A stretch of DNA of 64,000 nt from a virus, in the IMG/VR virus record IMGVR_UViG_2556921039_000001; one strand, given 5' to 3'. The notes under the pieces were generated by a model, which saw only the letters and a program-made list of their open reading frames with translations, had not been told where the DNA came from and ran no database searches. Below, piece by piece: positions 29,761 through 39,969 of this stretch (position 1 is the stretch's first letter; each line of letters starts with the position of its first letter). Both the position numbers and the translations under genes were made by a program.

Positions 29761-29813
29761 TAAAAGCAGAGCCAATAACCAATGTGCTGCATTGATTATT
29801 GGTTCTGCTTTTA
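29761..29813. repeat. Long inverted repeat/hairpin upstream of the recombinase operon
   Basis: TAAAAGCAGAGCCAATAA / TTATTGGTTCTGCTTTTA (18 bp, one G-U) plus inner CAATG/CATTG. Confidence 0.8.
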
Positions 29814-29836
29814 AGCAATATTAAGGGGGTCAGGTA

Positions 29837-29971
29837 ATGGATAATAATATGAAGTATTGTATACAGATAGCATATCTAAATCAGCTTATCAGTAAAAAGC
29901 TCATAACAGAAGTTGAATACAAGAAAATTAAAAATTACATAAAAGAAAAATATGGAGCTAAGGCAAGTTAA
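29837..29971 (+). CDS. 44-aa SHOCT-like protein preceding the serine recombinase (absent from the ORF track)
   Basis: MDNNMKYCIQIAYLNQLISKKLITEVEYKKIKNYIKEKYGAKAS*; GGGGGT RBS; L..L...KLITE.EY pattern. Confidence 0.6.
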   Translation: MDNNMKYCIQIAYLNQLISKKLITEVEYKKIKNYIKEKYGAKAS

Positions 29972-30039
29972 ACTGGAAATTGTACGTATTATATACTATA
30001 ATGAACATACAGTTGAATAAGAACACGTTTGAAAGGAGT

Positions 30040-31839
30040 ATGGGTATGGGGGATGTAAAAGTTATTCAAGCAGATAGTAATCTGTTAAATAGAAGAAGAA
30101 AAAGTGCAAATATTGCAGAACAGATACGAGTTGCTCCATATTGCAGGGTAAGTACAGATTCTGAAGAACAGCTATTGAGTTATAATTCACAGGTTATGCA
30201 CTATAAACAGTTGATAGAATCAAATCCGACCTGGGAACTTGTAGAAGTGTATGCAGATGAAGGAATAAGTGGAACACAAATAACTAAACGAATTGCTTTT
30301 CAAAAAATGATTAATGATGCACTTGAAGGAAAAATAGATTTAATTATTACAAAGTCTATTTCGAGATTTGCAAGAAATACATTGGACACATTAAAGTATG
30401 TCAGGCTGTTGAAGGAACATAATGTCGCAATTCTGTTCGAAAAAGAAAACATTAATACATTAACAATGAATGGCGAGATGCTGTTGGTAATATTAAGTTC
30501 ATTAGCCCAGCAGGAGAGTGAGTCAATCTCTTCTAATGTAAAAATGGGTTTAAAGATGAAAATGAAACGTGGAGAAATGATTGGATTTCAAGGCTGTTTA
30601 GGATATGATTATAATCCTATTGATAAAACACTCGTTATCAATGAAGAAGAGGCTGAAACAGTACGTTACATATTCCGTAGATATGTTGAAGGGGCTGGAG
30701 CTTTCGTTATTGCAAAAGAGTTAACTAATATGAAATGTAAAACTAAAAAGGGAAATGAACGTTGGCATGAAAGTACCGTAAGGGGAATTATTAAAAACGA
30801 AAAATACAAAGGCGATTTATTAATGGGAAAAACTTTTACTGTAGATCCTATAACTCATAGAAGATTAGAGAATATGGGTGAAGAAGAAAAGTATTATGTT
30901 AGTAATCACCATGAACCGATAATATCAGAAGAACTGTTTGAGGAAGCACAGAAAATTTTAAGAAAAAGAAGTTCATGTTTTAATAATAAAGGCAGGACTG
31001 AAAAATATAGCAGGAAACATGCTTTCAGTAGTATGATTGAATGCGGTTTTTGTGGCGGTACTGCTATTAGAAGAAAATGGCATAGTGGAACAAATCATGA
31101 AAATTATAACTGGCAATGTAGTACAAGTATTAAACATGGAAGAAAAGCCTGTGCACACAGCAAAGGTGTTAAAGAAGAATATCTGCAAGAAGCATTTGTA
31201 CAGGCATTTAATAGGATTAATAAAGATAACCGGGATATGATTGAGGAATTCCTGACTAATATTGAAGAAGCTCTTGACACTAATGCTCACAAGAAAGACC
31301 TGGAAAAAATAAAGAAGGAAATATCATCAATAGAGAAGAAAGCAAAAAATCTAGTTGATTTAAGAATAAACGGAACAATTGATATAGATGATTATGAGGA
31401 CAAATATCAGGAGCTATCAGAAAAGTTAACAGAATTAAAAGAAGAGAAGATGAATGTAGAAATAACTCTTGATAATGAAAAATCAATGGAAAAGAGAATA
31501 AAAGCCTTCCGTAAAGTTTTCAATACACAAACTCCCCTTGAGAGATTTGCTAGAGAAATATTTGAGAGCTTAGTTGAAAAAGTTATATTGGGTGACATTG
31601 ATGAAGATGGAAATAAGAATCCCTATGTTGTGATTTTTGTTCTTAAAACCGGGATAAAACTTGATGGGAATTGTAAAGGTGATAAAAAATCGGATGAGGG
31701 GTCAACAAACGAAAAAACGTGTTCTTTATCATCAGACGACAGTAACAATTCGTATTCTTATACCACAAACCAGCCATGTGGAGTGCGTCACATTGATGTC
31801 AAGGGTTTAGAAATAAAGAACAGAAAAGCTTGTAAATAA
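30040..31839 (+). CDS. Large serine recombinase (integrase)
   Basis: YCRVST catalytic Ser, YADEGISG, TKSISRFARN, recombinase domain GYDY, Zn ribbon CGFC...CSTS...C, coiled coil. Confidence 0.95.
   Translation: MGMGDVKVIQADSNLLNRRRKSANIAEQIRVAPYCRVSTDSEEQLLSYNSQVMHYKQLIESNPTWELVEVYADEGISGTQITKRIAFQKMINDALEGKIDLIITKSISRFARNTLDTLKYVRLLKEHNVAILFEKENINTLTMNGEMLLVILSSLAQQESESISSNVKMGLKMKMKRGEMIGFQGCLGYDYNPIDKTLVINEEEAETVRYIFRRYVEGAGAFVIAKELTNMKCKTKKGNERWHESTVRGIIKNEKYKGDLLMGKTFTVDPITHRRLENMGEEEKYYVSNHHEPIISEELFEEAQKILRKRSSCFNNKGRTEKYSRKHAFSSMIECGFCGGTAIRRKWHSGTNHENYNWQCSTSIKHGRKACAHSKGVKEEYLQEAFVQAFNRINKDNRDMIEEFLTNIEEALDTNAHKKDLEKIKKEISSIEKKAKNLVDLRINGTIDIDDYEDKYQELSEKLTELKEEKMNVEITLDNEKSMEKRIKAFRKVFNTQTPLERFAREIFESLVEKVILGDIDEDGNKNPYVVIFVLKTGIKLDGNCKGDKKSDEGSTNEKTCSLSSDDSNNSYSYTTNQPCGVRHIDVKGLEIKNRKACK
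31775..31810 (+). other. rlmD: 3' end of 23S rRNA m5U methyltransferase gene (att junction between ICE and prophage)
   Basis: Alternative frame reads HVECVTLMSRV*, matching the conserved HVE(T/C)V.L C-terminus of RlmD/RumA. Confidence 0.75.
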
Positions 31840-31910
31840 AGGGTTTCCAGACATTTAGTTTTTCCCGAGGCCGATCTGCCGGATGTGGCAATGTCAGGAA
31901 ACCCTTATTT
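31834..31910. repeat. Imperfect inverted repeat next to the att junction
   Basis: AAATAAAGGGTTTCCAGACATT (31834-55) vs reverse complement of AATGTCAGGAAACCCTTATTT (31890-910): one mismatch, one gap. Confidence 0.7.
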
Positions 31911-32019
31911 TGGTTGCTTGAGGGAACATATCAACCGTCCAGAAAATTAATAGTTGAGTTACCAGATTAGATAACCCCCTTTTTTACAGGGGGTTGAGGG
32001 TGCAGGATGGATGTATAAT

Positions 32020-34527
32020 TTAATCTTCTCGCTCAGCATCCGTATCAAAAATTCTATCAAGTTCCTCGTTTGATGTAATGCCACGAACTTTATTTCTAAC
32101 AGCTACTTTTGCCATATCAAGTCTATAGAAATGTTCACGACCGTCTAATCCTTTCTTTTGCCGGATAAGTTGAATTCTTCCAAATTTATCCCAATGTTTC
32201 TCTGCGAATTTTGCTAGGCCAACTGCCTTGGGATAATTGTCCTTACGGCTGGGGTCGTGTGGTTCTAGAATATCAAAAATGTAACCTTGTACATCAGCTC
32301 TCACTACCACTAAATCAGGAAACATAGAAGTGATAACACCGCCGACCTCATATGGGATTTCAAGTGACCACTTTTTACGATCAAGATTACGTAACCAGCA
32401 AACGGCACCGTTTTTTAGTTCTTCTTCAATAACTCCCTTTTCCCATGGGTTTAGTGATGCTTGGAATGTTCCATCCTCAGAACAATAGAGGTGTCGATCA
32501 ATTTTTATACTGTTATCTGAAACTGAAAAATCGATTGAATCTGGCAATACCCAAGGAATAGCTATTGGTTGAGCGGAAGCATTTATTAATCTTTCATAGA
32601 TGTTTTTTCGAGCCTCATTTAATCTTGCAATAGAGCGTTTATTATTCTCATATAGACTAATAAATTTCTCTTCTGCAAAGGCGTTTATTCGCTCCATAGC
32701 AGCAGTATCACTTGTAAGCACAATGACTTCAATCTTTACTTCAATATGGTCTCGGGTACTGTGGCGAATCCAATACTCCTTATGTAAGCCTTCTCCCAAT
32801 ATCCTTCCAGCTTGTTCAAAATGTCGAGAAATGTCAAATTCGGTAACAGTCATGGTTTGTGTAGCTTCATCAAATGAATAAGCATTTTCTCCATAGTCAA
32901 ATGTTAGCGTATTAAGAGCAAATCCAGTGATTGAAGCAACTCGACCATCAAAGTCACCACTTTCTTTTATGCGAGCAATTTCTTCGTCCATTTTTGATAA
33001 AACTGCATTTTTAACGGCTTTTTGTGCTTCCAAATCAATACCATCCATTGTTAATGCTCTAGAAAGCTGTATTAATAACTTAAGCGGTGCTTGCTTGCGG
33101 GATGAATCCAGGCGGTATGTAATGAGCTTATCCATTGAATCAAACACATCAGAATAAGCGAGGTTGCGCCCGAGTGTTATAAGCTCTTTATTTGTACCAG
33201 TTTCAGTGGGCATAACCGATTCACTATCATGTAGAGCATTAACAACATTTTTTACTGTATCTTTATCAAAGTATGGAAGAAACAGACTTACATTATTAAG
33301 TTCAGCATCGGAGGCAATTCTTCTTGCCAAAGGAGTGCGAATCATACGCCCCAAAAGCTGTGCTATGTAGGTATAGTCCTGCGCGCTACGAAATGACATC
33401 ATTGTTTCAGCACGAGGACAGTCCCAACCTGTGGAAAGGTTCATTTTGAAGAACACAACCTTCACATTTTCTTCGTCTTCGATTCTAGAAGCTTCAATTT
33501 GATGAATTTCAACGTCACGCACTTTGATCGTACCATAATCATTAAAGGTATGTACCACTTCACCGGGCAATAACTTGCGTACCATTGCCTCTTCCAGCAA
33601 ATCGATACAAATCCCTAAATCGGTACGGGTTATTTCTCGTTCATTACCATCTTCGACTTGGACGACAAGGATAGGGTTTACCATTTTCTCATTTTCACGT
33701 TCACAGTAAGCTTTCCAGTGAGCACATTTATTAAGCCAATTTTCGACTGCACCTTTGAACATTGTCATATCGGCACCAAGTTGGATATCTGGGTAATGAA
33801 TAATGATTCTGTCCTTTAAAAGCCCCGATTCACGTACTTGTTCAGGTGGAACAATAACTTTTTGTACTGTCGAAGTAGTCCCAGCAATTAAGTTATCAAA
33901 TCTCTGGGGTGTTGCGGTCACGCCGATAACTAAAGGCATAATACAAAGTCCGTCTTCTTCGCTACCTTTGATGAATTTTTGCATGATGGATTGTGCTTTA
34001 TTTTCTGCTTGAGCAGATGTATAAGTCCCTCTATGTGCTTCATCAATGACCACATAGAACTGTTTGGGAATGCGTTTAGCTGTATTTGTGAGTGTTTCCC
34101 AAATTGTATATTGCCTTGTATCGGACTTAGTTGTTAATAACTTGTCAGAACCGAGTTTTTGTGTGTTAATAAAATAAATACGTCCACCCTCCAAATACTC
34201 GGCATCAAAGTTTGAATCTACAGTTACTAAGTCCCGTACACGAATTTTGTCTGATTTGCTTTCAATTTTTAATCGCGTTTGCTCGTTAAGTTCCGGCGAA
34301 TCGGAAAGCCAAACAAACACTGAATTCGGATCGCCGATATTATCTGAACCTCCATATAGGATTTCTTCAAAAAGTGCAGTCATAATTATAGTTTTTCCAG
34401 AACCCGTAGGTGCGGAAAACGATATTACCTGAGGGTCTTTTTCGCTCCACATTAAATGAGCTTTATTAATTTTCTCATGCAATTCTGCAAGAGCCGTTTC
34501 CTGAAATGGAAATAAAGTAACTCTCAT
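32020..34527 (-). CDS. res: Type III-like RM restriction subunit (SF2 helicase plus C-terminal nuclease)
   Basis: LFPFQ, APTGSGKT, DEAH, LSTGWDCPRA, QLLGRMIR; C-terminal FPDLVVV...ILEPH. Confidence 0.85.
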   Translation of the reverse strand: MRVTLFPFQETALAELHEKINKAHLMWSEKDPQVISFSAPTGSGKTIIMTALFEEILYGGSDNIGDPNSVFVWLSDSPELNEQTRLKIESKSDKIRVRDLVTVDSNFDAEYLEGGRIYFINTQKLGSDKLLTTKSDTRQYTIWETLTNTAKRIPKQFYVVIDEAHRGTYTSAQAENKAQSIMQKFIKGSEEDGLCIMPLVIGVTATPQRFDNLIAGTTSTVQKVIVPPEQVRESGLLKDRIIIHYPDIQLGADMTMFKGAVENWLNKCAHWKAYCERENEKMVNPILVVQVEDGNEREITRTDLGICIDLLEEAMVRKLLPGEVVHTFNDYGTIKVRDVEIHQIEASRIEDEENVKVVFFKMNLSTGWDCPRAETMMSFRSAQDYTYIAQLLGRMIRTPLARRIASDAELNNVSLFLPYFDKDTVKNVVNALHDSESVMPTETGTNKELITLGRNLAYSDVFDSMDKLITYRLDSSRKQAPLKLLIQLSRALTMDGIDLEAQKAVKNAVLSKMDEEIARIKESGDFDGRVASITGFALNTLTFDYGENAYSFDEATQTMTVTEFDISRHFEQAGRILGEGLHKEYWIRHSTRDHIEVKIEVIVLTSDTAAMERINAFAEEKFISLYENNKRSIARLNEARKNIYERLINASAQPIAIPWVLPDSIDFSVSDNSIKIDRHLYCSEDGTFQASLNPWEKGVIEEELKNGAVCWLRNLDRKKWSLEIPYEVGGVITSMFPDLVVVRADVQGYIFDILEPHDPSRKDNYPKAVGLAKFAEKHWDKFGRIQLIRQKKGLDGREHFYRLDMAKVAVRNKVRGITSNEELDRIFDTDAERED

Positions 34528-34827
34528 TTATGAATCCCTCCTACTTCCCAACACAAAGTTATCAATGTAATCTCGGTATAGTTGGTATGTATTTTTTATT
34601 TTTATGCCATCAGTCATTTCGCGGAAAGCTTCCTCCGAGTTTGTTACAAAATATACCACTTTAATATTATTTACTTCTGAAATCTTTTTTGCAAACTCGG
34701 CATATTTTGCTTCATCAACCAGAACTGCAAAGCCGTTTTGAGGAAGAATTAACATTAGACTGTAGAGAGTTTGCCGGACACGCAGAAAGGATCTATAATA
34801 AAAGATAAGAAAGGGCGTGTTAAGGCA

Positions 34828-35112
34828 ATGAGTAAATTTACAGAAGAATATAAAAAAGATATAGTAAAGCTTGTTACAGAATTAGGTAAAAAGCCAGTAG
34901 ATGTAGCCAAAGATATAGGAGTAAGTGCTACAGCAGTTAGAAGATGGGTCAAGCAATATAGTGAACATGGAGAAGACGCCTTTCCCGGCAAAGGAAATCT
35001 TCGGCCAGCTGATGCCGATCAAAAAGCATTAGAAAAAAAGATTAAAGACTTAGAGGTTGAAAATGCAATATTAAAAAAAGCCATGGCCATCTTCAGCAGA
35101 GACGTGAAATAA
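34828..35112 (+). CDS. IS3 transposase OrfA
   Basis: HTH VAKDIGVSATAVRRWVKQY, leucine zipper, LKKA over an A7G slippery run at 35073-80. Confidence 0.9.
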   Translation: MSKFTEEYKKDIVKLVTELGKKPVDVAKDIGVSATAVRRWVKQYSEHGEDAFPGKGNLRPADADQKALEKKIKDLEVENAILKKAMAIFSRDVK

Positions 35113-35159
35113 AGTATTTAATAATAAAAGAACTTAGCTCCGAATTTCCCGTCAAGAAG

Positions 35160-35987
35160 ATGTGCCAAATCTTAGAAATAGGTAGGAGCACATACTATGA
35201 GTGGCTTAATAGGCCTATAAGTCATCGTGAATTAAACGACAGAGATCTGATTACTCACATAAAAGAAATATTTGATGAGTCAGATAGCACCTATGGTCAC
35301 AGAAGAATAAAAAGACAATTAAGAAAAAAAGGCATAAAAACAAGCAACCAGCGAGTAAGACGACTTATGAAGGAATATGGGTTAATTAGTGTTCTAAGAT
35401 CTAGATACAAAGCTACTACCAATTCAAATCACAACTATCCAGTAGCTCCTAACTTATTAAACAAAGATTTTAAAGCTGAAAAAATTAACCAAAAGTGGGT
35501 TGGAGATATTACCTTTATAGCAACTCAAGAAGGCTGGCTCTACTTAGCTGCAATTGAAGACCTATACCACAAAAAAATAGTTGGTTGGGCATTAGATAGC
35601 AGAATGACAAAACAGCTAACAATTAGTGCACTAGAGATGGCAATAAAAAGAGAGAAGCCTCAAAAAGGACTTATATTTCATTCAGATCGCGGCTCACAGT
35701 ATGCAGCCTATGATTATCAGGACAAGCTTAGAGAAAATGGCATAAGACAAAGCATGAGTGCAAAAGGAGACTGCTATGATAATGCCTGTATGGAATCCTT
35801 TTTTGCCACATTAAAGAAAGACCTGGTTCATAGAAGGCGTTTTAAGACCCGAGAAGAAGCAAGATTAGCAATAATTAACTATATAGAGACTTGGTATAAT
35901 TCAAAAAGGTCTCACAGCAGCTTAGACTACATGTCACCCATGGAATATGAAAGATATCACAGAGAGACCCAGTCACTAGTAGCTTAA
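35160..35987 (+). CDS. IS3 transposase OrfB (DDE), -1 frame relative to orfA
   Basis: YGHRRI, WVGDIT, FHSDRGSQY, CMESFF; the -1 frame is open from the A7G run to ATG 35160. Confidence 0.92.
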   Translation: MCQILEIGRSTYYEWLNRPISHRELNDRDLITHIKEIFDESDSTYGHRRIKRQLRKKGIKTSNQRVRRLMKEYGLISVLRSRYKATTNSNHNYPVAPNLLNKDFKAEKINQKWVGDITFIATQEGWLYLAAIEDLYHKKIVGWALDSRMTKQLTISALEMAIKREKPQKGLIFHSDRGSQYAAYDYQDKLRENGIRQSMSAKGDCYDNACMESFFATLKKDLVHRRRFKTREEARLAIINYIETWYNSKRSHSSLDYMSPMEYERYHRETQSLVA

Positions 35988-38331
35988 AGAGCCACAGACA
36001 TTGCAGGCAGTCAAGGGCCGGCTTTAGCCGGGCGAAGCTTTACCCTTTACTGCCACGAAGCCAATACCCTATTGTTAGGTGGTCTTGCAAAGCATGACCA
36101 CCTGCCTACCGGCGAGGGCGGGTGTGGGCAGAGCCCACAAAATAGATAAAAAGAGAAACAGAGCATTTGTATGAAATAAAGAGAAAAGGGAACTTTATGC
36201 GTGTCCAGCTAGGCCTGAGCACTCCACATATCTGGTTCTTCATCGCTGTTTATTTCTGGCCTCCGGCCGATAGCACCGGATTTTAGCCAAAGCAATGGTA
36301 ATATTTCGCGGAATTGTTGACCTAGTGATACGCTGTTTTTATCTAAAAAACCTAGTTTAAAATACTCAACATTTGCAGGAAAACCATCGCTCATGGGACG
36401 TTTAACTTGCAATGTTACATTCATTGGACCGAGCAAGTTTGATACCTGTGCTTTAATTTCCTTGAAAGTGGCAGCAGATTTTACCACTATATAAAAGTCT
36501 GTGATGTGGTCTTGATCTTCTAAAGCTTCCAGCCATTCATTAACAGCATTTACATCAAACAAGATAGTCGCCGAATGTTTATCCGAAACAATAAATTTAC
36601 TATCTGCTTTGACTAATGATTGTGGTAATTGCGACTTTCCATCCTTACCGCGTAGCAAAGAAACAAGCTGCTTTTTTGCATTAGTTGTTAGTTCCGTAGG
36701 ATTATCAATAAAGCCAAGCTGATAGAATGAACGCTCTACCTCTTTTGATACTGTTTGGTTTGTGTAATACTCTCCTGATAGGATAGTGCCATCATCACGT
36801 TTTCCAAGGATACTATATTTTATCCTAGGCCAAGTAACCGAGCGACATATACCATGTTTTTCCCATTCTGGGTCGCCAGGTTGATATCCTTGTTCGCGTA
36901 AAGCTTTTGATTCTGCGTCTGATACTTCGTTATTTGTTACTAAAATACAACGACGGTTACCATTATCCTCTACGTTTAGTAAATTTACCGCATGGAGCGT
37001 TGTTCCACTACCAGCAAAAAAGTCGACAATTAAAGCATTTTTCTTTCCTGATACAGCGAATAACAATGCATCATGGACAGCATAGAGTGATTTTGGGTAA
37101 GAAAAACCGCCACCAATTATGGTTTTAAGCATATCTGTACCATGGGCTTCTGCATTATATAAAGGATCAGTCCAAACCGTTTTTGGAGGTTCGCTTTCTC
37201 TACGTAAAATAATTTCTATTCGATTTCCTCTTTTTTCAATAAACATTCTATCTTTTACTGATTCTACGGTATCACGTCCATATCGCCATTTCTTTTCAAT
37301 GCCATTCTTATCAATTGGCCAAACATAAATTGTACCATCTGCATTATATTCTACTTGAGCTGTAGGGTGTAACTCTTCATCGAGTAAATCACCAAAACCG
37401 ATGATGTTATAGTTAGAGTCTAGAATTACTGGATAAAAACATGTTGCACCTTCGTAGCGACCTGAAGTGCTTCCCCAACGTCTTAAATTATATACATCTC
37501 CACCAGTATGTTGCTTGCGAAAAATAGTACTTTCTGATGAATATGAAAATATTGCATATTCATGAGTCACAGAAAATTTTTTGCCCTGAGTTCCGCCGGG
37601 ATTATGCTGAATGGTTATGCAGGTATGAGTTAGGTTTGGAAAAATTTCGTGAAGGAGAATCCATAGATGAGCATATTCATTGTCATCTATTGTAGTAATC
37701 AAAACACCATCATCAGCAAGTATTCTTTTTGCTATCTTTAAACGTTTCTGCATCATGGATAGCCATTTACTATGACGCCAATTATCAGTGGAATCAACAT
37801 AATCATTATTATATTTCCAATCCCGAGCACCGGTATTGTATGGTGGATCTATATAAATGCAGTCTACTTTCTTTGGATATAAATATTCTAATAACTGGAG
37901 AGCGTGGTAATTATCTGCTTCAATAATAGTGTGCCATAAATTACTGTCAGGTGCATTCTCTACAGCAGCAATTGGCTGAAGCATGGGGAAAATAGGTTCT
38001 CCAAATTGAGCAACTGAAACCAACTCCGAAACTGGGATATTTCTAGTATCACCTGTTGTTTTGTTGCGGCAAAGGGCAATATCCTCTTCTATTTTTAACA
38101 CCGTATACAAATCGTTAATATGACCTGTTTTGAGTGCAACCGTCGAGCCACGTTTTACAGGAACATCATAAAGAGGAGTACATTCAGGAATGTGCTCTTC
38201 AAATACAAGACCAAATTTTTTATTTTTTGATAAGCGGGCAAATTCCTGTTCTAATCGATCACGCAAAGAAGTGTCAGGAATTTGACGCAGTAAATCATTG
38301 ATTGCAGCCATATTTTTCATCCTCCTAATAT

Positions 38332-39969
38332 TTAATCATTCGATTCGTATTTACTCCACGAACGACCAAATAGTTCATTACCATCTGATAATCGCAAGAT
38401 TGCTGTTTCTTCTAAAATCTTGTGCGCTTTCTCAGTTGTAGAATCAGCTTTATCAAACGCAATGAAAACCTGGCGATTACTGGATTGATAACGTTCCAAT
38501 ATATGTTCTAAGTGTATATCCTCAATACGTTTAAGGATATTGGAGTCGTGGATAAGTGCAGGGATTGGACGTAGTTCAAGTATAGTTAAATCGTATATAA
38601 CTAGGCTCTTGAAAGCGGTTCCCTCACTTGTGTTTCCGGGTGTTTCAAATATAATTTCCTTTTGAGGAGTTATCTGCAAAAGTGGGGCGATTTCCTGCTG
38701 TTCAGTTACTACGTCGTTAATCATTTTCATTCGTAGGTTAATGTTATCTTGTATTTCATGTATTATTTCGGTTTGTTGCAGCAGCAAATCTTTTAATTTC
38801 CTCTCCGCTTCAATGCGAGCTTCTTGAAGCTCTTTCTGACGAATTAAATCCGCCGTTTCTTCTTCAAGTCTATCAATTGTTTTAGACACATTAACACACT
38901 GTGATAGTATTCTCTCTGACATTTCCTTAGCTAAGCCAGTTTCTTTAATTTTTCTATTAAGGCGATTTATTTCTTTATCATATTGATCAATTATTTGCTG
39001 CAAACGCTCAATTTCCTGATTCATCTCTTCGCCTAAAATTTCTCTAATTTTCTCATGAAAATATTCAATCTTTTCAAATGCTGCTATATTAGCATTTGGG
39101 AAAAAGTGTAACAATGAATCAAATTCACTTGCGATTTCGGCCTTACTATCAGCTATATTGCTCGTAATAGCATTAAGCTGCGATTGCAAGCGATTACGTT
39201 TGCGAATAAAACTATTCAATTCTTTTTGAATTGCAGTTATTTGTTCGAATGTATGTGTATCAAACCCAAAAACTGCTAATTGCGCTTCTTCGTTGTTTTT
39301 CATTAATTTTTGAAGCCTTTTCTTTAAAGACTCGATCATTTTTTGATTGGTTTCGATTTTTTCTATATCCACTCTCTGATGTTGGCGGTATTTGAGCTGC
39401 GAAAATTTAATCCCAAGTTCTTCTTCCATGCTCTTAATCGCAGATAGAATTTCATAATGCCCAAAAAGTTTTAATAAAAAATCGACTGCCTTTTCATCTT
39501 GTTCACGAGGTTTTACAAGTAATGGATACTTTTCAAGCGTATTTTCGCGCCCATAAATGCGGAAAAAACGCTCAGTTATATCTGAAAATGTAAGAGAGGG
39601 GATACCAACTTTATATTCTTGAAATAGAAAGCTACGAAATTCATCAAGTGTCAATTTTGTAATAAAATGTCCGTCCTTATCACTTCGATATACATTTTTA
39701 GTATCTTCAGTACTTCTATAAAAATAGTACGGTTGTCCTTCAAACTCGTAAGTGAAATGGATGGTATGTGGGCCTATTTCCTTTTTTATATCATCCGACA
39801 TGGAGTAGTATCTGTCACCGCCGAATGCATAATCTATAACCCACAGAAATGTTGATTTTCCTATTGCATTAGTACCGCTGGAACTGCCCAAAACCGTGTT
39901 TAATCCTTCATTAAGTTTTATCACTTGATGATTTGGAGCAAATTTATCGCATCGTATCTCTTTTAACAT
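38332..39969 (-). CDS. lmuB: Lamassu LmuB-like / ABC-three-component SMC-like ATPase (DUF2326)
   Basis: Walker A NAIGKST, long coiled coil, SEGT signature, LIHDS Walker B, QVFIAFDK. Confidence 0.8.
   Translation of the reverse strand: MLKEIRCDKFAPNHQVIKLNEGLNTVLGSSSGTNAIGKSTFLWVIDYAFGGDRYYSMSDDIKKEIGPHTIHFTYEFEGQPYYFYRSTEDTKNVYRSDKDGHFITKLTLDEFRSFLFQEYKVGIPSLTFSDITERFFRIYGRENTLEKYPLLVKPREQDEKAVDFLLKLFGHYEILSAIKSMEEELGIKFSQLKYRQHQRVDIEKIETNQKMIESLKKRLQKLMKNNEEAQLAVFGFDTHTFEQITAIQKELNSFIRKRNRLQSQLNAITSNIADSKAEIASEFDSLLHFFPNANIAAFEKIEYFHEKIREILGEEMNQEIERLQQIIDQYDKEINRLNRKIKETGLAKEMSERILSQCVNVSKTIDRLEEETADLIRQKELQEARIEAERKLKDLLLQQTEIIHEIQDNINLRMKMINDVVTEQQEIAPLLQITPQKEIIFETPGNTSEGTAFKSLVIYDLTILELRPIPALIHDSNILKRIEDIHLEHILERYQSSNRQVFIAFDKADSTTEKAHKILEETAILRLSDGNELFGRSWSKYESND

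Larger units (their letters stand above)
1..31780 (+). mobile_element. Integrative conjugative element (right part; left end outside window) with defence cargo, integrated in rlmD 3' end by a serine recombinase
   Basis: VirB4-like ATPase, ImmR/ImmA-type switch, and a large serine recombinase whose 3' end runs into an rlmD-like tail. Confidence 0.85.
34756..36226 (+). mobile_element. IS3-family insertion sequence, 1471 bp
   Basis: Terminal inverted repeats 23/34 identical; target duplication CAT at 34753-55 and 36227-29; orfA/orfB. Confidence 0.92.
34528..38320 (-). pseudogene. mod: Type III-like RM methyltransferase interrupted by IS3
   Basis: IDPPY and DFFAGSGTT; removing 34756-36226 and one CAT restores ...EEPDM-LILPQN... 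(769-772 aa) with its stop abutting the res ATG. Confidence 0.88.

Noticed and set aside
36209-38320. 703-aa ORF as a complete methyltransferase
   Set aside because: The last five residues (WSAQA) are IS-derived; the true C-terminus is at 34528-34752
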